From positions 19,468,001 through 19,532,000 of the forward strand of contig CM119375.1 of NCBI GenBank assembly GCA_051294905.1: a DNA stretch of 64,000 nt, read 5' to 3'. The notes under the pieces are model-generated. The model searched no databases. It was not told where the DNA came from and saw only the letters and a program-made list of their open reading frames with translations. A program made the translations under genes and the position numbers. Source of the DNA: Botryllus schlosseri (lineage: Eukaryota). This document shows, one piece after another, positions 48,855 to 61,701 of this stretch; the first letter of the stretch is position 1, and every line of letters starts with the position of its first letter.

Positions 48855-51800
48855 TTCGCTCATGTAGGCTATCGGTGTGTAATTTTATGTACCCTTGGGC
48901 TAGGAATATGTACATTTCAGGTTGTTTATTTGAGGTTGCAATGATTATGAACTATCTCCAATAGTGTCATGTACCCTTGGGCTGGAAATATTTACATTTC
49001 AGCTTGTTTCTTTGAGGTTGCAGTGATTATGAACTATCTGCAATACCATTAAACTTATACGCTCCTCTATATTATGATCCTACCGATCATTTACTTAACA
49101 CGATTACACCGAACCGAAAGGCCTTTGACAATTCTCACTGGGGAACATATTTATTATCGCAAAGTCCTATACAATTAGTAACTTGGACTAAAATAGCGGT
49201 TCATAACTCGTAGGTTGCGACCTAAATGGGAGTCAGAACGTCACCTAAGCAGTTATCAACGCCGTTCAGGTTTCCGACACAGTATTTGCTATTTTATGCC
49301 GGAATGAACTTCAAACCACGTGGCATGTATTTGAAAACAATACACCATGTCAACAACGGTACTGAAATCTAGACCTAATTGCATCTCAGGCAGCTCCGTT
49401 CAGCGATTCATTACGATCTCGGTACACCCCCCCCCCCCACCACCCCCCCCCCAATAACGCTTAGCAAATTACTTATCCTCTAAATAACTCCAAGTAATGG
49501 GACGAGCATGTGATCGAGTGTCGGGTTTTCATACCTTGACGTAGGTTTTCCATTCGGGTTTCTTGGCTTCGATCCCAAAGGTAAAAGTAGAACCAAAACG
49601 AATAGAAACGGCCTTACGGCGCATTGAGTGCTGTCAATACGATGTTGCAAAAATTAGACGAATAGCCATGGCTCTCTCTCTGATCTAACGCCCATAAAGT
49701 ATTTTGAGTTTGCGAAGCTCCTGCGATGCAGACATTTGGCTGCTAATCATTGGTGGGGATGTCATCATCGATTCACATCCAAGTCCTTCGCCGTTCCAAG
49801 TCTTGAAGACGCGTGATTTCATTAGAGTTCATATGCATTCTACTAAATGGTAGAGTAGCAACTGGTAGAGAATTGAAAAGGACATGCCATATCAACAATC
49901 TTATGGCAAAATATGACGTCACCGCGATACGTTTGTTGAAAGACAGCAGTAGTTCTTCACCTTCGCACCAGCGCCTCTCAGGGGACGATTTGGATTTTGA
50001 AGATTGCAGAAACTCTCAAAGAGCGATATGGGGGCCATCGGAGCGCTGAACGAAATTGGCGTAGCAGTATAGATGGTGTAGTAGTTCTCAAGTGGAAATG
50101 TAGTTCTGTATAGCATAGCTAAATTTCTACATGTAGCTTACCTGAGCTCTTGCTGCAAATTGACTTCTGATCCAATTTAGCAAACCACCAAACTTTTCGT
50201 CGAGCTACGTGGTAAATTTACCAGGGATGTATGCAACGTATTTTTCAAACAAAGTTGGTATCTCGCGCAAAATCAGTATCACGTCAGTGAAACCATGCAA
50301 ATCCTATATGATATGCTCAATGAATAAAGGCAAACATAGATGTTTTATCTATGGTTACCATATTTTTGCAAGACAAATTCCGGGCGCTCTTTGGCTCCTA
50401 CTAGTGGGTTTTAAAATGAGGTATAAGTACATTGTCGATCATTATGACGTTTCACCAGCGAAGCTTTGTCTATCGAGTAGAGGTGGTCACGATCCGGTTC
50501 AGCAGTATATGGCTGCGTGTGTTGTAAGTTGTAACCAGGGTTGAAGCCACATTTTTAGCCCCCTGCCGCGCAAATAAACACAAATTTTAGGCCCACTGTA
50601 GGGTAATCGATGCAACTTCTGGAGGCTTACTATATGTATCCATTCGTTAAATGATTTGAATGAATTATGTCATTATTATTGGTTCTTCCATATATTACTA
50701 TATCATTTTTATCCTCTCTCCGCCCACATGATCACAGTCAGTGTTAGAGCTGGTGGAGGATCTCTTCGAAAATGCAAGGAGCGTAATTGTACATCGTTAA
50801 GTCATGGTCATGTCACATCGATAAGATTATTTATCAGCATAATGCCGGTGCGCACTGCACCACTGAGCTATTTAAACTCCGCACATCCGGTGGTCTGCAA
50901 CCTTTTATGGTCGCGACTCAATGTTCAATTTGCCGAGGCCAGCTCCAAATTTGAGAAGCTGATTACTAATTAAAGGTCGGCACATTAGCCCACACTTACT
51001 CACGGCCTATTTTGGAGGATGATTACGTTCAACATCTTCGCGGAACCCAGAATGAAAACTACCCCCAGAACCACTATCTTTGAAAAGAGTATCCAAACGG
51101 TTTAAGCCGACTCTGTGAATGTACCGTTGTATTGTAATTGCGATTACAATTATACTTATTTCTGTAAATGATTGCTATTTTTAATTATTTTTGATCGCAG
51201 TTTTTGAGAGGGTGGTAGTTCCCATATTAAAAATAATACAAGTGATATTAATTGGTGCGCAGCGCGTAGGTAGGTCGCTACTAGTACATACACGTTCGAC
51301 TTCGATAACGGAATTGATGCAGTAATCATTGTATGACAAACCGGAAAATTTGCACAGTGTATGACAGGGGTCGACAACCTTTTGATGGTCACGGGCCAGA
51401 CATCGAGTGTACAACGATTTGGCGGGACGGACATTTCATTTGTATTATAATTCACACTCACTTAAGTAGGCTATATTACGCTACATTGCTCTAATCTCAA
51501 TCACACCAATCACAAAAAAAGCAAAATATATGTAGTCACACTTCAACAATACCGCATTAATGTGATACTTGATGTTGCTTGCTTTGTGAAAGTTTTTAGC
51601 ATCTAGTAACCAGTCAGATTAAGCAACAAACAAAACATTTTCTAAGTGGGCGTCGGGAATGCATGATCTTAGCTTGCTCTACATGAATATTAAAGTTGAA
51701 AACATTTGTTCACAAACATAGTTGCAATTTACGTTGCATTGCTGGTCAAGCTGGAATAAAGACCACTTTCTTTGAGTAGAAGTCAAGCAGCGATACGCCC

Positions 51801-53503
51801 GTTGTATGAAATTTTGCTTTCCATTTCTTCTGCACTGCGTAAGAACTCAATATCAAGCCCAACCCTGAAGTATTTTTGCCAACTTGGACTTAGCATGTGG
51901 TTTATCTCCGTTAACGTTGCACTTTAACTATATTGATTCGAGGGTGGAAGACGGTAAGGCTAACATATTCTTAGTAAAAAGTAGTGATTCAGATCATATC
52001 CGACTATCATAGAAAATAGCGATCCGGCTCCGAACCTGCTACGGCCAAAACTGAGAAAATCCGGCCGGATATCCAATCCGGTCCCGGTACATGCTCCGCC
52101 CTAGCACTTATACATATAGTCGATTTGGATAAGGCAATTACTACCCTGATTATTAAGTGGAAAACTGGAAGCTTGGTACACACATTTGGTGATGTTTAAA
52201 ACGCAGCATCTGCTTCAATATTGTGACATAATGTGGCCTGAGTCGTCACTTGGTATCGTGCACCATAATATATCACTTCACTGAAACGTAGGGTGCGAAT
52301 TAGCGATATGACGCCAGGTAACGTCCTAGGTTCACGTTCTTGTTAACTATTCACACAGAACCTTTCAAACAGGTTTGCGTTCACACGAACCTGATCCTTT
52401 TATGGATTCGCACCGTCCCTATTGAATAGCACTGGTCCTAATTTTATGAAGTCGTTCGGTTGATATCAAGAAACTGTGCAGTAAAACGGGACTTTCCCTC
52501 AAGAGACCCGTGCTTCCGCTCGACCTTACCGACACGGATTCGTTGCCGACTACGTTCCTGGCCACCGTAAATATCTTTCGAATTTATAATATATGCTATT
52601 TATACGCCTGCATAGTTTTCAGACTGCAGGTAGTGAACGTGCCGGCTGACGTCAGCTTGGCGCACCTTTGACAATGGGAGTCCTATACATTACTAAACAA
52701 ACGTTGAGAGAACCATTCTCTGGCTGCTTGCCGGCGATATAACCATGCCTTTTGCTGCCAGTCGCTCAATCGAGCGATCATTTATCCAGGGGTCGGCAAC
52801 CTTTTGATACTCGCGGGCCAAATTTCGAGTGTACAACTCATAGGCGGGCCGGACTTCTCATACTACAATTCACACTTCATTATATTACGCTACATTGCTG
52901 CAACCTCAGCAAATGCATTCACACTTCAACAACACAGCATTAATGTAACACTTGATGCTGCTTCTCTTTTGAAAGTTGTTCACTATCTAGTACCAAGTCA
53001 GATGATGCAAGAACCAGAACATTTTCTAAATGGGCGTAGGAAATGCGTAATCTTAGTTTGCTCTTAGTTTCTTTTGCATGGCTGGTCAAATGGAAATGAA
53101 GACCACTTTCAAGGATGTACTTTTTGTAAAAGTCAAGCAGCGATATGCTCTTTGTATGGAATTTTTCTTTCAATTCATCACTGCATTGCATTTAAATAAG
53201 GTCCATTTGAAATTTTGTGGGTATGGTATTGACGTTCAAAGCAAACGGAGTACCGAATAGCCTGAATTTATTTCGTAGAGAACGAATGTCGGAAAGCGTG
53301 AGAAAAATTCAATAATTAAATTAGTGGTCCGTGCTATAAGTCGGCTTCTACAGAACCAAAATAAGGAATATAGGCCTGGTGTAAATGACCATTGCAGTCG
53401 GAAAACACCACAAATACTACAAACAACTACTGCAAAAGGAGCCATTTATGACATGCCGAATAGAATGTAATTTACAAGTTGCGCACACTTGGGAACATTA
53501 TAC

Positions 53504-54068
53504 CATTGTGTCCTATATGGTGAAGACACAAGAAAATCTCACTGCTCAGGTAAATTGTTCTAAGTCACATTTTCCGTTTGGTTAAAGGCAACCTTGTGGC
53601 CATTTTTGGCCCGCTTGTCGAGCGCTAAATTCGATAAAACGGGTATCAATGGAAAGCTGCTTCTGTACTAATTACGAAAATATCAATTTTATTCTGCTCA
53701 TGGTCATGGAACCCCTCAAAATCAGCCTCGAATTTTGCATTGTGATCGAGTTTTAACATTGTGACGCAACTATTCTGTTTGGCAAAACGACATTGAAGCT
53801 ACGAAGAAAGAATCAGAAAGTATGGTTGCGTCACAATTCAAAACTAGATCACAATGCAAGATTCGAGGCTGGTTATGGGGGGTTACAGGACCGTGAGCAG
53901 AATAAAATTTATATTTTCGTACTGAGTATAGCAGCAGCTTTCCATTAATACCCGTTTTATGGAATTTAGGGCTCGGCCAGCCGGTCCAAAATGGCCATCA
54001 AGAAAGTGTGTCGAAGACCAATTTCACTGAGCGTGAGATTTGCTTGTGTCCACACTATGGACACTATG
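53504..54068. mobile_element. Foldback MITE, P-element/Galileo-like (copy 2)
   Basis: Long inverted arms, termini CATTG...CTATG, 7-bp TSD ATTATAC. Homologous to 15054-15678. Confidence 0.85.
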
Positions 54069-54202
54069 ATTATACCGTATTCTACATCCAGTCGACCTCT
54101 TTATGAAAGCCTAGATATGAATTATTGTGATAGCTATAGTCATCGGCAGAATGTAATGCGATATCTGGTATAACCCATCCGAGTGGTACATGCTACATGG
54201 GT

Positions 54203-54622
54203 TAGGGATACCATGCGTCCTCTTTTTAGAGGATTTGTCCTCTTTTTTGACTTTTTGAAAGTGTCCTCGGAGGACGCCCTTTTATCCTTTTTTTGAGATT
54301 TTGTCCTCGTTTTGAGAATTTTGGTCATATTTATAGAAAAATTCGACTGAGATGCCATAAATCAGCAAGGAAATGACGCTCCGGCGGGTATGTCGGGAGC
54401 TGAGTGGAAAGTCGACCTTTTTTTAGTCAACCACCTGACAATGTGTAGGAAAAAACTGTATTTTGGGCGCTGAGCGAGGAAGTTGACTTTTTTAAATTTT
54501 TAGTCAACCGACCACAAACTGGTAGAAATTTACAATTTTTGGAGAATTCTCCTCCGATTTTGCAAGTTTGAAAATTCTGAAAAAGTGACCTCTTTTCAGA
54601 TTTCCAAAATATGGTAACCCTA
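54203..54622. mobile_element. hAT-type MITE (GTCCTC repeats)
   Basis: TIR TAGGGATACCAT/ATGGTAACCCTA, TSD ACATGGGT/ACATTGGT (7/8). Confidence 0.8.
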
Positions 54623-55374
54623 ACATTGGTACACGCTTTAAAATATATGTTACACCATTGGGTGTACGCACTCGGTTGAAGAGCATTCTTCTTGGCAACT
54701 ATCGTTAACTCTACAGGCAATCTCGCACTGTGCCTAGTACGATATACTATACTAAAATTCCGCCTGCGATAGAGCAGTACAACGTACTTATATCTTAGCA
54801 ATGCTACTATTTGTCTAAATAAACAGTGCTGGAACTGAAGTTTGAAACTCAACAAGAAAGGGCGGGCCGTATTCTTGCGACAACTAATTATGATGTCGCG
54901 GGCCGGACGATTTCGCTTGGCGGGCCGTAGGTTGCCGACCCTTTATTTATACATTCGTTTGAATTGGCCAACCGGCCCAATTATACTAAGGCGCGGGCTA
55001 CACTAGTGTTCCCCAACCTTTTTCGACTCATCGCCCCCGTATCAAGCTCGACACAAATTTTCGGCCCCTTCCCCACAATATTTACGGTTTCGAAAAAGAG
55101 GACATGTATATACGGGATATTTATTCAATTAACCCTGATCGCAGGTGAATTGTCTAAAAACGGTCATTTTGTTAGAGCAGGTGCTCGGAAAACCGGTTTC
55201 CGCGTCTACCTTCCGTTGAGTCGACCTTTTATTAGTCAACTTTCGCGTCATATGCGGAATAAACCATCTTAACATGCATTTTTGCCATGTTAATTAAATA
55301 TACCGTAATTTTCCATGCATAAAGCGCAGAATTTTACCGATTTTTCGTGCTAAAATCACACCTTTCTTCCGGTT

Positions 55375-55456
55375 TATTGTCAATGGCGCATCGCAGTCTG
55401 GTCATAAAGGCATGCACGGCAACGAAAACGTTGATGAAAGAGCACGAAGGGCAGCC
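55375..55456 (+). pseudogene. RNase H fragment of a non-LTR retrotransposon (tentative)
   Basis: GHKGMHGNENVDERARRAA resembles the H.G..GNE.AD..AK.AA RNase H motif. No RT found nearby. Confidence 0.4.
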
Positions 55457-55599
55457 CCGACGCCACTCGCACGTGATGAAACCCTTCAGCAAAAAAAAAA
55501 CTGTGAAGGAAATGAAATCCAACACTGCCGATATATGTCGGAAAAGTGGATGGATTACTTGATCGAATGCCGATGATGAAGACTCCCAATGTAGAATAA

Positions 55600-56150
55600 T
55601 TATCACTGGTCTACAAATTTCGAAAAAATATTTGCGACAAACATTTTATGTAAGGTGGTTGAATTCGATTCTGTGCTCAGAATTTCTCTATCACGTCAGA
55701 TTTTTTCCGTAGTAGTTTTTCTCAATTTCATAAATTAATCAAATTTCGGGTTTCGTTAGTGACATCACGAAAAGCATGCAACTGCAACAGATCAAATATC
55801 GTCATTGAAATCATCTATCATGAAACCTGGGTTGTTGTAGTACAGGATGAGTGAGTTCGGTGAACTTGAATGTAGTGATTCCCTATCTTCGTTCAATCAG
55901 AAGCTATTTTCGACCCATAAAATTACACTGGTCTACAATTTTTTGGCCAAATTTCAGACCTAAAATTTTAATGATTGATTTAGGCTTTTGTTAGGTTGCT
56001 GATTCCGAATTTGTGCTCGGAATTTCTCTATCACATCAGATTTTTTCGGTATGTATTTTTCTCATTTTCATAAATTAATCAAATTTCGGCTTTCGTTAGT
56101 GAAATTACGGTGAACGTACGACAGCAACAGATCAAATATTGGTATTGATA
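55600..56150. repeat. Two-copy direct repeat (period about 320-340 bp)
   Basis: CACTGGTCTACAA...TGTGCTC.GAATTTCTCTATCAC.TCAGATTTTTTC...AATTAATCAAATTTCGG occurs twice. Confidence 0.75.
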
Positions 56151-56826
56151 CAACATAAAACGTATTGTGAACTGATGCCAGTAAATACTAAATAGATCTG
56201 GGAAAAATCGAGTACCTGAGTGAATTCCCACCGGTAGGGAACCACTGGTTTAGAGCGAGTTAAATATTGGTAACCTTTTCAATGAATGTTATAAATAGTC
56301 TAATGACTATCTTCTTGGACCAAAGAGCGAAGTTGTAGCACCAAGACCGCTGAGACAGGCTTATATTAATGAAGCAGTCTACAACCGACTTCAATCACTT
56401 GAAGTAACTGTTACAGTAACTGTCCTCAAAGATTCACCTTCAAGTAAGTATATTTTGATTAATTCATTACAAAACAATTTGTGTTAATTCGCTGTGCATT
56501 AATGATTTCAGAAACCCGTTTTTCGTCTGTATAAAATAAAATTCGACGCAGCAGGCGGAACAGTGTCATCTTGGGGTGTTGGATAGGACAGTTAGGCTAT
56601 ATCTCCATTGTGTATACGTGGAAGATTCCATCCCTCTTTCCCGGCTACGGTAACTAGGTAGGCTGAGCACAATTTGGTAGAGATTGGAACCATTTGATGG
56701 CATCCAGTACCATGAAAGCCATATCGCGCCAACTCCGAAAGATTACGTCGATTCACAGGCAGTAAACAGTTTTTGAGATCAAGAAAACTGTTACAATGAA
56801 ATCTGTGGTCATATTACCATCGGCAA

Positions 56827-57022
56827 TCACACTAGAACTTGAATCTTTTGGTATACGCATAGCGAACCCAAAACTTTCTGACCAGATTTCGATTCGACTG
56901 AATCGTAACCGGCGACGTCCTTTTGCCTCAGCAATTTAATTTTCCTTTCATCTAGCAGCGTGTTTAGATTATTCATCAACTCTTGTCCGTAATCCGTTGG
57001 TTTTTCCATCTTGCGGGTATTA
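56827..57022 (-). CDS. METTL27-like exon 5, 3' part (downstream of the insertion)
   Basis: INTRKMEKPTDYGQELMNNLNTLLDERKIKLLRQKDVAGYDSVESKSGQKVLGSLCVYQKIQVLV-stop. In frame with 58155-58195 once the element and one TSD are removed. Confidence 0.8.
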
Positions 57023-57030
57023 ATGATCAG

Positions 57031-58154
57031 TAGGGCGATTTTTTTTTGACATGTCAAAAAATGTCAAAATTGACAAAATTTTTTGCAACCTGCATTTTAC
57101 TTGTATCGTAGATTTTGCGCAATCGGTGAACTTATCGTTTGACATTTTACAGTTTGTAGCCTACTTTATAGGCCTACCGTGGCAGACGGCGCATTGTCTG
57201 CTCATTGTGAATCATAAACAGTCAAATGAAACAAATAGGTTGACACGGTGTTATGCTCAACGTACCGCAATATTCTAAGTGAAGCAAGACTGCGTAGGCA
57301 TTGCATGGTTCTTACAAAAATTGAGATGTACACCATTGTCAGAATGAAGCAACACGGTGTGTCACCTGCAGTGTACGAATGCACAACTTCAGTGTTGCCA
57401 ACCAATAGCTGCTACAGTTGAACGTTCTTTCTCCATTCTTCTTGCTGTTGTTGTTTTAATATTCATGGTGTTTGTCGACTACAATGGTCATTTACACCAG
57501 GCCGATATTCCTTATTTTCGATTCCGTATCCGCCGAGTATGTGCCGACTTGTAGCACGGCCCACTTCTATGCTTTTTGTAAGACACCGCTTACGCGGATG
57601 AGATGGCGAGGAGAAACCTAGATAAACCTTCAATACTTGACCTCGGTCGGACTAGAACCTAAAATCCATTGGTGTTGTAGCTGTGGATTATCCCACTACG
57701 CTATCTCGCCACATTTTCATCCTTGGCAAGCTGCTTAGTAAAGACAGACACTTTTTACCCGAGAATCAGGGATATCTAGATATCCCTGCCGAGAATGCAG
57801 GAAAGTATCTTTCGTTGTACTACAACATATTTTAATTATTTTCACCATAGTACATCATGTGCTGGAATTCATCATAGGGCCAAATTTTGTTAAAATAATA
57901 TTTCGTCATGTAAAAATTTGTCAGTTTTTGAGTCAAACAAGTTTTTCAGGGAAAACTACTTCGTAAGGACAGACAATTCAAACCAGAAATGAGGATAAGT
58001 AGTAAAATTCTAACATTTTTTGGGAAAACACCTAATTTGCATACGTTAGGTCAAAATTTGGTCAAAATTTAGTTTTTTAAGGTCAAAAAATGTCAAAATT
58101 TAGATTTTTTAGGTCAAAATCTTTCGTTTTTTAGGTCAAAAAAAAATCGCCCTA
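57031..58154. mobile_element. 1.12-kb non-autonomous hAT element inserted in a coding exon
   Basis: TIR TAGGGCGATTTTTTTTT/AAAAAAAAATCGCCCTA, perfect TSD ATGATCAG (57023-57030 and 58155-58162), TAGGTCAAAA subterminal repeats. Confidence 0.93.
57444..57712 (-). mobile_element. SINE family 1, full-length, nested in the hAT element
   Basis: Minus-strand head GGCGAGATAGCGTAGTGGG, (AAC)n tail, colinear with 3239-3512. Confidence 0.85.
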
Positions 58155-58195
58155 ATGATCAGCAATCCTTTTTTGGTCAATGCCTTCAGTAGATT
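58155..58195 (-). CDS. METTL27-like exon 5, 5' part
   Basis: Acceptor ttatgcctag|AAT (phase 0). Encodes NLLKALTKKGLLI(I). Read-through into the element gives RAIFF then TGA at 58138-58136. Confidence 0.8.
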
Positions 58196-58479
58196 CTAGG
58201 CATAATATGAGATTGTGATAAAGTTTTATGTGGACTCAAGAACACAAGGATCGATGGAGTCGCATTAGATAAGCTCGTCACAGCACTTTGCGGATAGGCT
58301 AGAGAGGTTCAACAGACACGGTTACTACTATACATGTTTGGTTGGAGCTGGCCTCGGAGGCTCGGATCGTTACCATGGTCACTTTGAATTATACGCATAA
58401 TTGTTCCGCTCACTTTTTGCCAACCTTGAGCGGAGAAACGGCTTTCTCCGAGTTAAGCGAAAAACGTATTGCTCGCTTC

Positions 58480-59684
58480 ATGGTGGTGCGTAAAGACACA
58501 CAACGCATTCAAAATACGTCACTGTTGCGTATACAGCTGGGATAGTCTGCAATAATTGGTCTAGTTGTATTGTATTGTGCAGTACAGTACAACAGTATAT
58601 TGCAGTACTGTGTAACAAACGCATATGGGGTTCAGTGAGTACTTTTTTATATTCCCAGCTACGCAACTAACTGCCGAACTGTCGAGGAAGCGACACATAC
58701 AAGCTACACACACAACATTTATTCCTTGTAGTATTGACGAAAAAACATGCTCCCGTGAATACGAATGAAACCCAGCGACCGAAGGCCACCCGGATAATGA
58801 GCGTTTAAATTCGTGTACCGCCTGTTTCGTGTAGAAAATGATTCGTCAAACGTGATCGAAAAACGTCCAATGCTGCGTTTCATTGCCATAAGCTCTTCTT
58901 CCACACACTTACGGATTTATTTGCTGTGCTCGATCACCAAGTCACGAACCCGTTTGCGACATCTTGACAAGTCATAGCCATAAGCCTTGAAGGCCCGACG
59001 AATTCACTCACTTTTGGTAATTGAAGAAATGTTAACCCGTCCACAGCAGTTAACTGGTTAAGAAGTTCATCGAGGCGAGGCTTATGCGATTTATTTTATA
59101 GGAATCGATCTTCCTCATCTTTATTTTTAGCTGATCGTTCTTTGACGTGTCCGATTGAATCATGCATGATTGAATTACTATCATTTGTACGGACCTATGC
59201 GTTATTAATCCCTTTGTGCTAGACACTGAAGCTTTCAAAACGTCTTGACACAAGTTGCATTTGGCTTTTTATGTAGATTTATAAAACAAACTGTTTCGCT
59301 AAACATGTGATTCTCTCTTTGCATTGACATCTTCGAAATTCGCCATTATTCGACCTGTATTTCACCTCCACAGCACCGTCCTTGTGACTTTCCGATACTC
59401 AGTTACACTGCTCCGATTCGTAGACTACGACGGAAGTGATCGTGTAGTACATTGTTATGCCATAGCTGGCTTTAATATCAAATAATTGTGAATTGTTTTA
59501 GACAATCAGCAGAGTTTGTGACATTGCTTTATTACCAAAATAAGAGATATGGCGCTACGTAAGCCTTGGAAAATGCTCTTTACAAATCCCGGGATTTCAT
59601 TAGGGGTAATCCCGGGATCGGGATTGCTTCAAATCCCGGGATCCCGGGATCCCGGGATCGGGATTTCCCGGGGTCCCAACGCTA
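58480..59684 (-). mobile_element. Degenerate hAT transposon with BED-finger transposase remnant
   Basis: Terminus TAGCGTTGGG with ATCCCGGG repeats (59590-59684), BED relic AKCNLCQDVLKAS.SSTKGLITH, and RFSITFDES.S.RNRRY.NLNAH...LG.IRIHGSM. Internal stops are present. Confidence 0.8.
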
Positions 59685-60069
59685 GTAGCATTCCAGTGAT
59701 TGTTCAGGATTGCACTGTCAGTTTGGCACCATTGTCAAGGCCAAGTTTAGGTATAGGTGGTTGTATTCTTGTCACACATTCTCTATTTCGGTGGGCCCAA
59801 CATTTTCGTCTTCGCGGACTACTTTTCTTATCAAGGTCTACGAGGTGCCCCTATGTTTTGGTTCAAATTTAGTTCAATTATAAAATCCTGCAACCGTATA
59901 ATATGTATTTCTAAAATATTACCTGAAGGCTTCTGTAAACTGCATAAATAGCGCATTACTTGAAAATGGCATCATACTTCAGGAAGTATGTGACCACCTT
60001 AAATGGTTCAACCGGAAATCACATGATGGGATTTCTGAAGCTGTATCTCAAAAGCCAATACTGCGTGAG

Positions 60070-60409
60070 TGCGTGGTCGTGTCTTTGAAATCCACGACTG
60101 ACTTCGATTTTATATGAATAAGAGCCGAAAATCCACTTTCACAAGTAAGACAGGTGGAGACGAACGCTTCGGAGCACGCGTTTGAGTATGACAATCCATG
60201 AAAGGTATTTTTCAATGAACATATCACGTCCAGAAGCTAATCCAGAAGTTCTGGAATAGTGGTTATGTCTATAACAGGAGAAAATGGATTTCGAACCCTT
60301 GGGACATATAGGAATATACTTCAAGAATTCTGTCTTCAGTGATTGGAATTAGGCGTTCATTCATGTTGCATATTTAGAGGTTTCGCGGACCCCAGGTTGA
60401 GAACTGCTG
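60070..60409 (-). mobile_element. Charlie/Buster-like hAT fragment
   Basis: Terminus CAGCAGTTCTCAACCTGGGGTCCGCG at 60409 and dimerisation-domain relic CESGFSALIHIKSK at about 60101-60145. Confidence 0.65.
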
Positions 60410-60594
60410 CTTTATTTAAAAGTTCTCAGTATGACACCGCCAATCGTTTCTGGATATAGGCTATACCCGGTGTCGGCAACCTTTATTGCGATTTCATTCA
60501 CTAGTCCCTAATACTCGCTGCTTTATGCAGCTGTCGTGGTTGTTTGAAATAGCATTATTAACGGATCAATATGCTATCGGCGAAATTGTCATAC

Positions 60595-60715
60595 CGGAAT
60601 ACAGTCAGGTTGTAAGAGATTTTCGAGGAACGCACCAACAACAGTTACAGCGTCATAAATTCCGTCTTGTACAGGCAGTGGTTCGACAGAGGAAACCGTG
60701 TGACAAAATAACTTC
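60595..60715 (-). CDS. METTL27-like exon 4
   Basis: Acceptor ttcctcgtag|G. Encodes KLFCHTVSSVEPLPVQDGIYDAVTVVGAFLENLLQPDCIP. Donor |GTATGA. Confidence 0.85.
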
Positions 60716-60779
60716 CTACGAGGAAGTAGGAATCGTCGATTGTTGAAGAATTGATGGAGTAATATAAATATTGCATTGC

Positions 60780-60891
60780 CTGTAAAGACTCTTCGCTCTG
60801 GCGATTTCGAGCATTGCAGCATTCATCTCAATTCCATCAATTGCCCCCTTGAAGCCGGCGTCATTCCAATGCTCGGCAACTTTTCCTGTTC
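60780..60891 (-). CDS. METTL27-like exon 3
   Basis: Acceptor ttgtttcag|GA. Encodes TGKVAEHWNDAGFKGAIDGIEMNAAMLEIARAKSLY. Non-canonical donor AG|GCAATG. Confidence 0.85.
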
Positions 60892-61565
60892 CTGAAACAA
60901 TAATCCTCGATTGATAGCCTCGAAGCTTGCTGGACTTTGGTTGCTGTTATTTCGCACACACAAAAATGAGTAATATTAATGGGTGTTTTACTTTTGTAAG
61001 CTCTTTCATCATATATATATCGCATGCATGCGGCCTTGTTAGTGCGTTTTGCTAAGATCGGATCACTTTATACCCGTCTAACATTTTGTATACACTCGCG
61101 AATCTTTTGTATGCACTTTGGTGTACTTGATGTGTGTCTCGATACTGATAGCAATTTTCATACAATTTCGACCAATGATAAATGATATTGTTATGAGGTA
61201 ACCTACATGATGTTTACAAGTGGTTGACTCTAACACCATTGATTTTAGTAACCTTTTGTTGTAGAGTTGGCCATATATGTGTTACTGTTATGTCAATCGC
61301 AATAGAAATGCCGAAATTGCAGAAATTGCCTGTATAGGCCGCACATGTCCATTGTCGATGTTCGAATGAGTATTTTCGTGGGCCTCTTGATTCAGTGGAT
61401 GACTTATCAGATGATGTGCAATTACTTTAAATTATTTAGAATTTGATATTATGAAGCTATAGTGATAGTCTGACCTAAAGTTTTACTTTGAATATGCATC
61501 ACTGCCACCAGTTAAGTCGTATGAAATATCTCTCAAAACATTAAACGGGATGACAAAATTCTAAC

Positions 61566-61701
61566 CTGCCGCCACATCCAGTATTTGGGTGGATTCATCA
61601 TTTTCAATGAGCGCGAACACTTCTCTAACCAGGCTGTAATGGCCGGCACATTTCAACCGATCCAAATCGGCATCGTATTTGGAGGCCCACTCTGTATAAA
61701 C
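61566..61701 (-). CDS. METTL27-like exon 2
   Basis: Acceptor tgtttaacag|GTT. Encodes VYTEWASKYDADLDRLKCAGHYSLVREVFALIENDESTQILDVAA. Donor G|GTTAGA. Confidence 0.88.

Larger units (their letters stand above)
46470..49085 (+). repeat. Segmental duplication unit B
   Basis: Paralogue of unit A without its TE insertions. Contains a local duplication of about 75 bp (about 48890-48962 / 48975-49045). Confidence 0.85.
52787..54943. mobile_element. Charlie-like hAT element hosting nested SINE, foldback MITE and hAT MITE
   Basis: Left TIR CAGGGGTCGGCAACC, right GGTTGCCGACCCTT, flanks 6/8 similar. The 5' part matches 51360-51800. Confidence 0.5.

Noticed and set aside
56600-56820. LARYGFHGTG resembling a BIR/zf-C3HC motif on the minus strand
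   Set aside because: Lacks the CxxC...H...C ligands, has an upstream stop and lies in the presumed 3' UTR of the METTL27-like gene.
59890-59975. MRYLCSLQKPSG as an alternative METTL27-like exon
   Set aside because: Wrong phase for the CIP| donor and followed by a stop. The exon at 58195 fits phase and family motifs far better.
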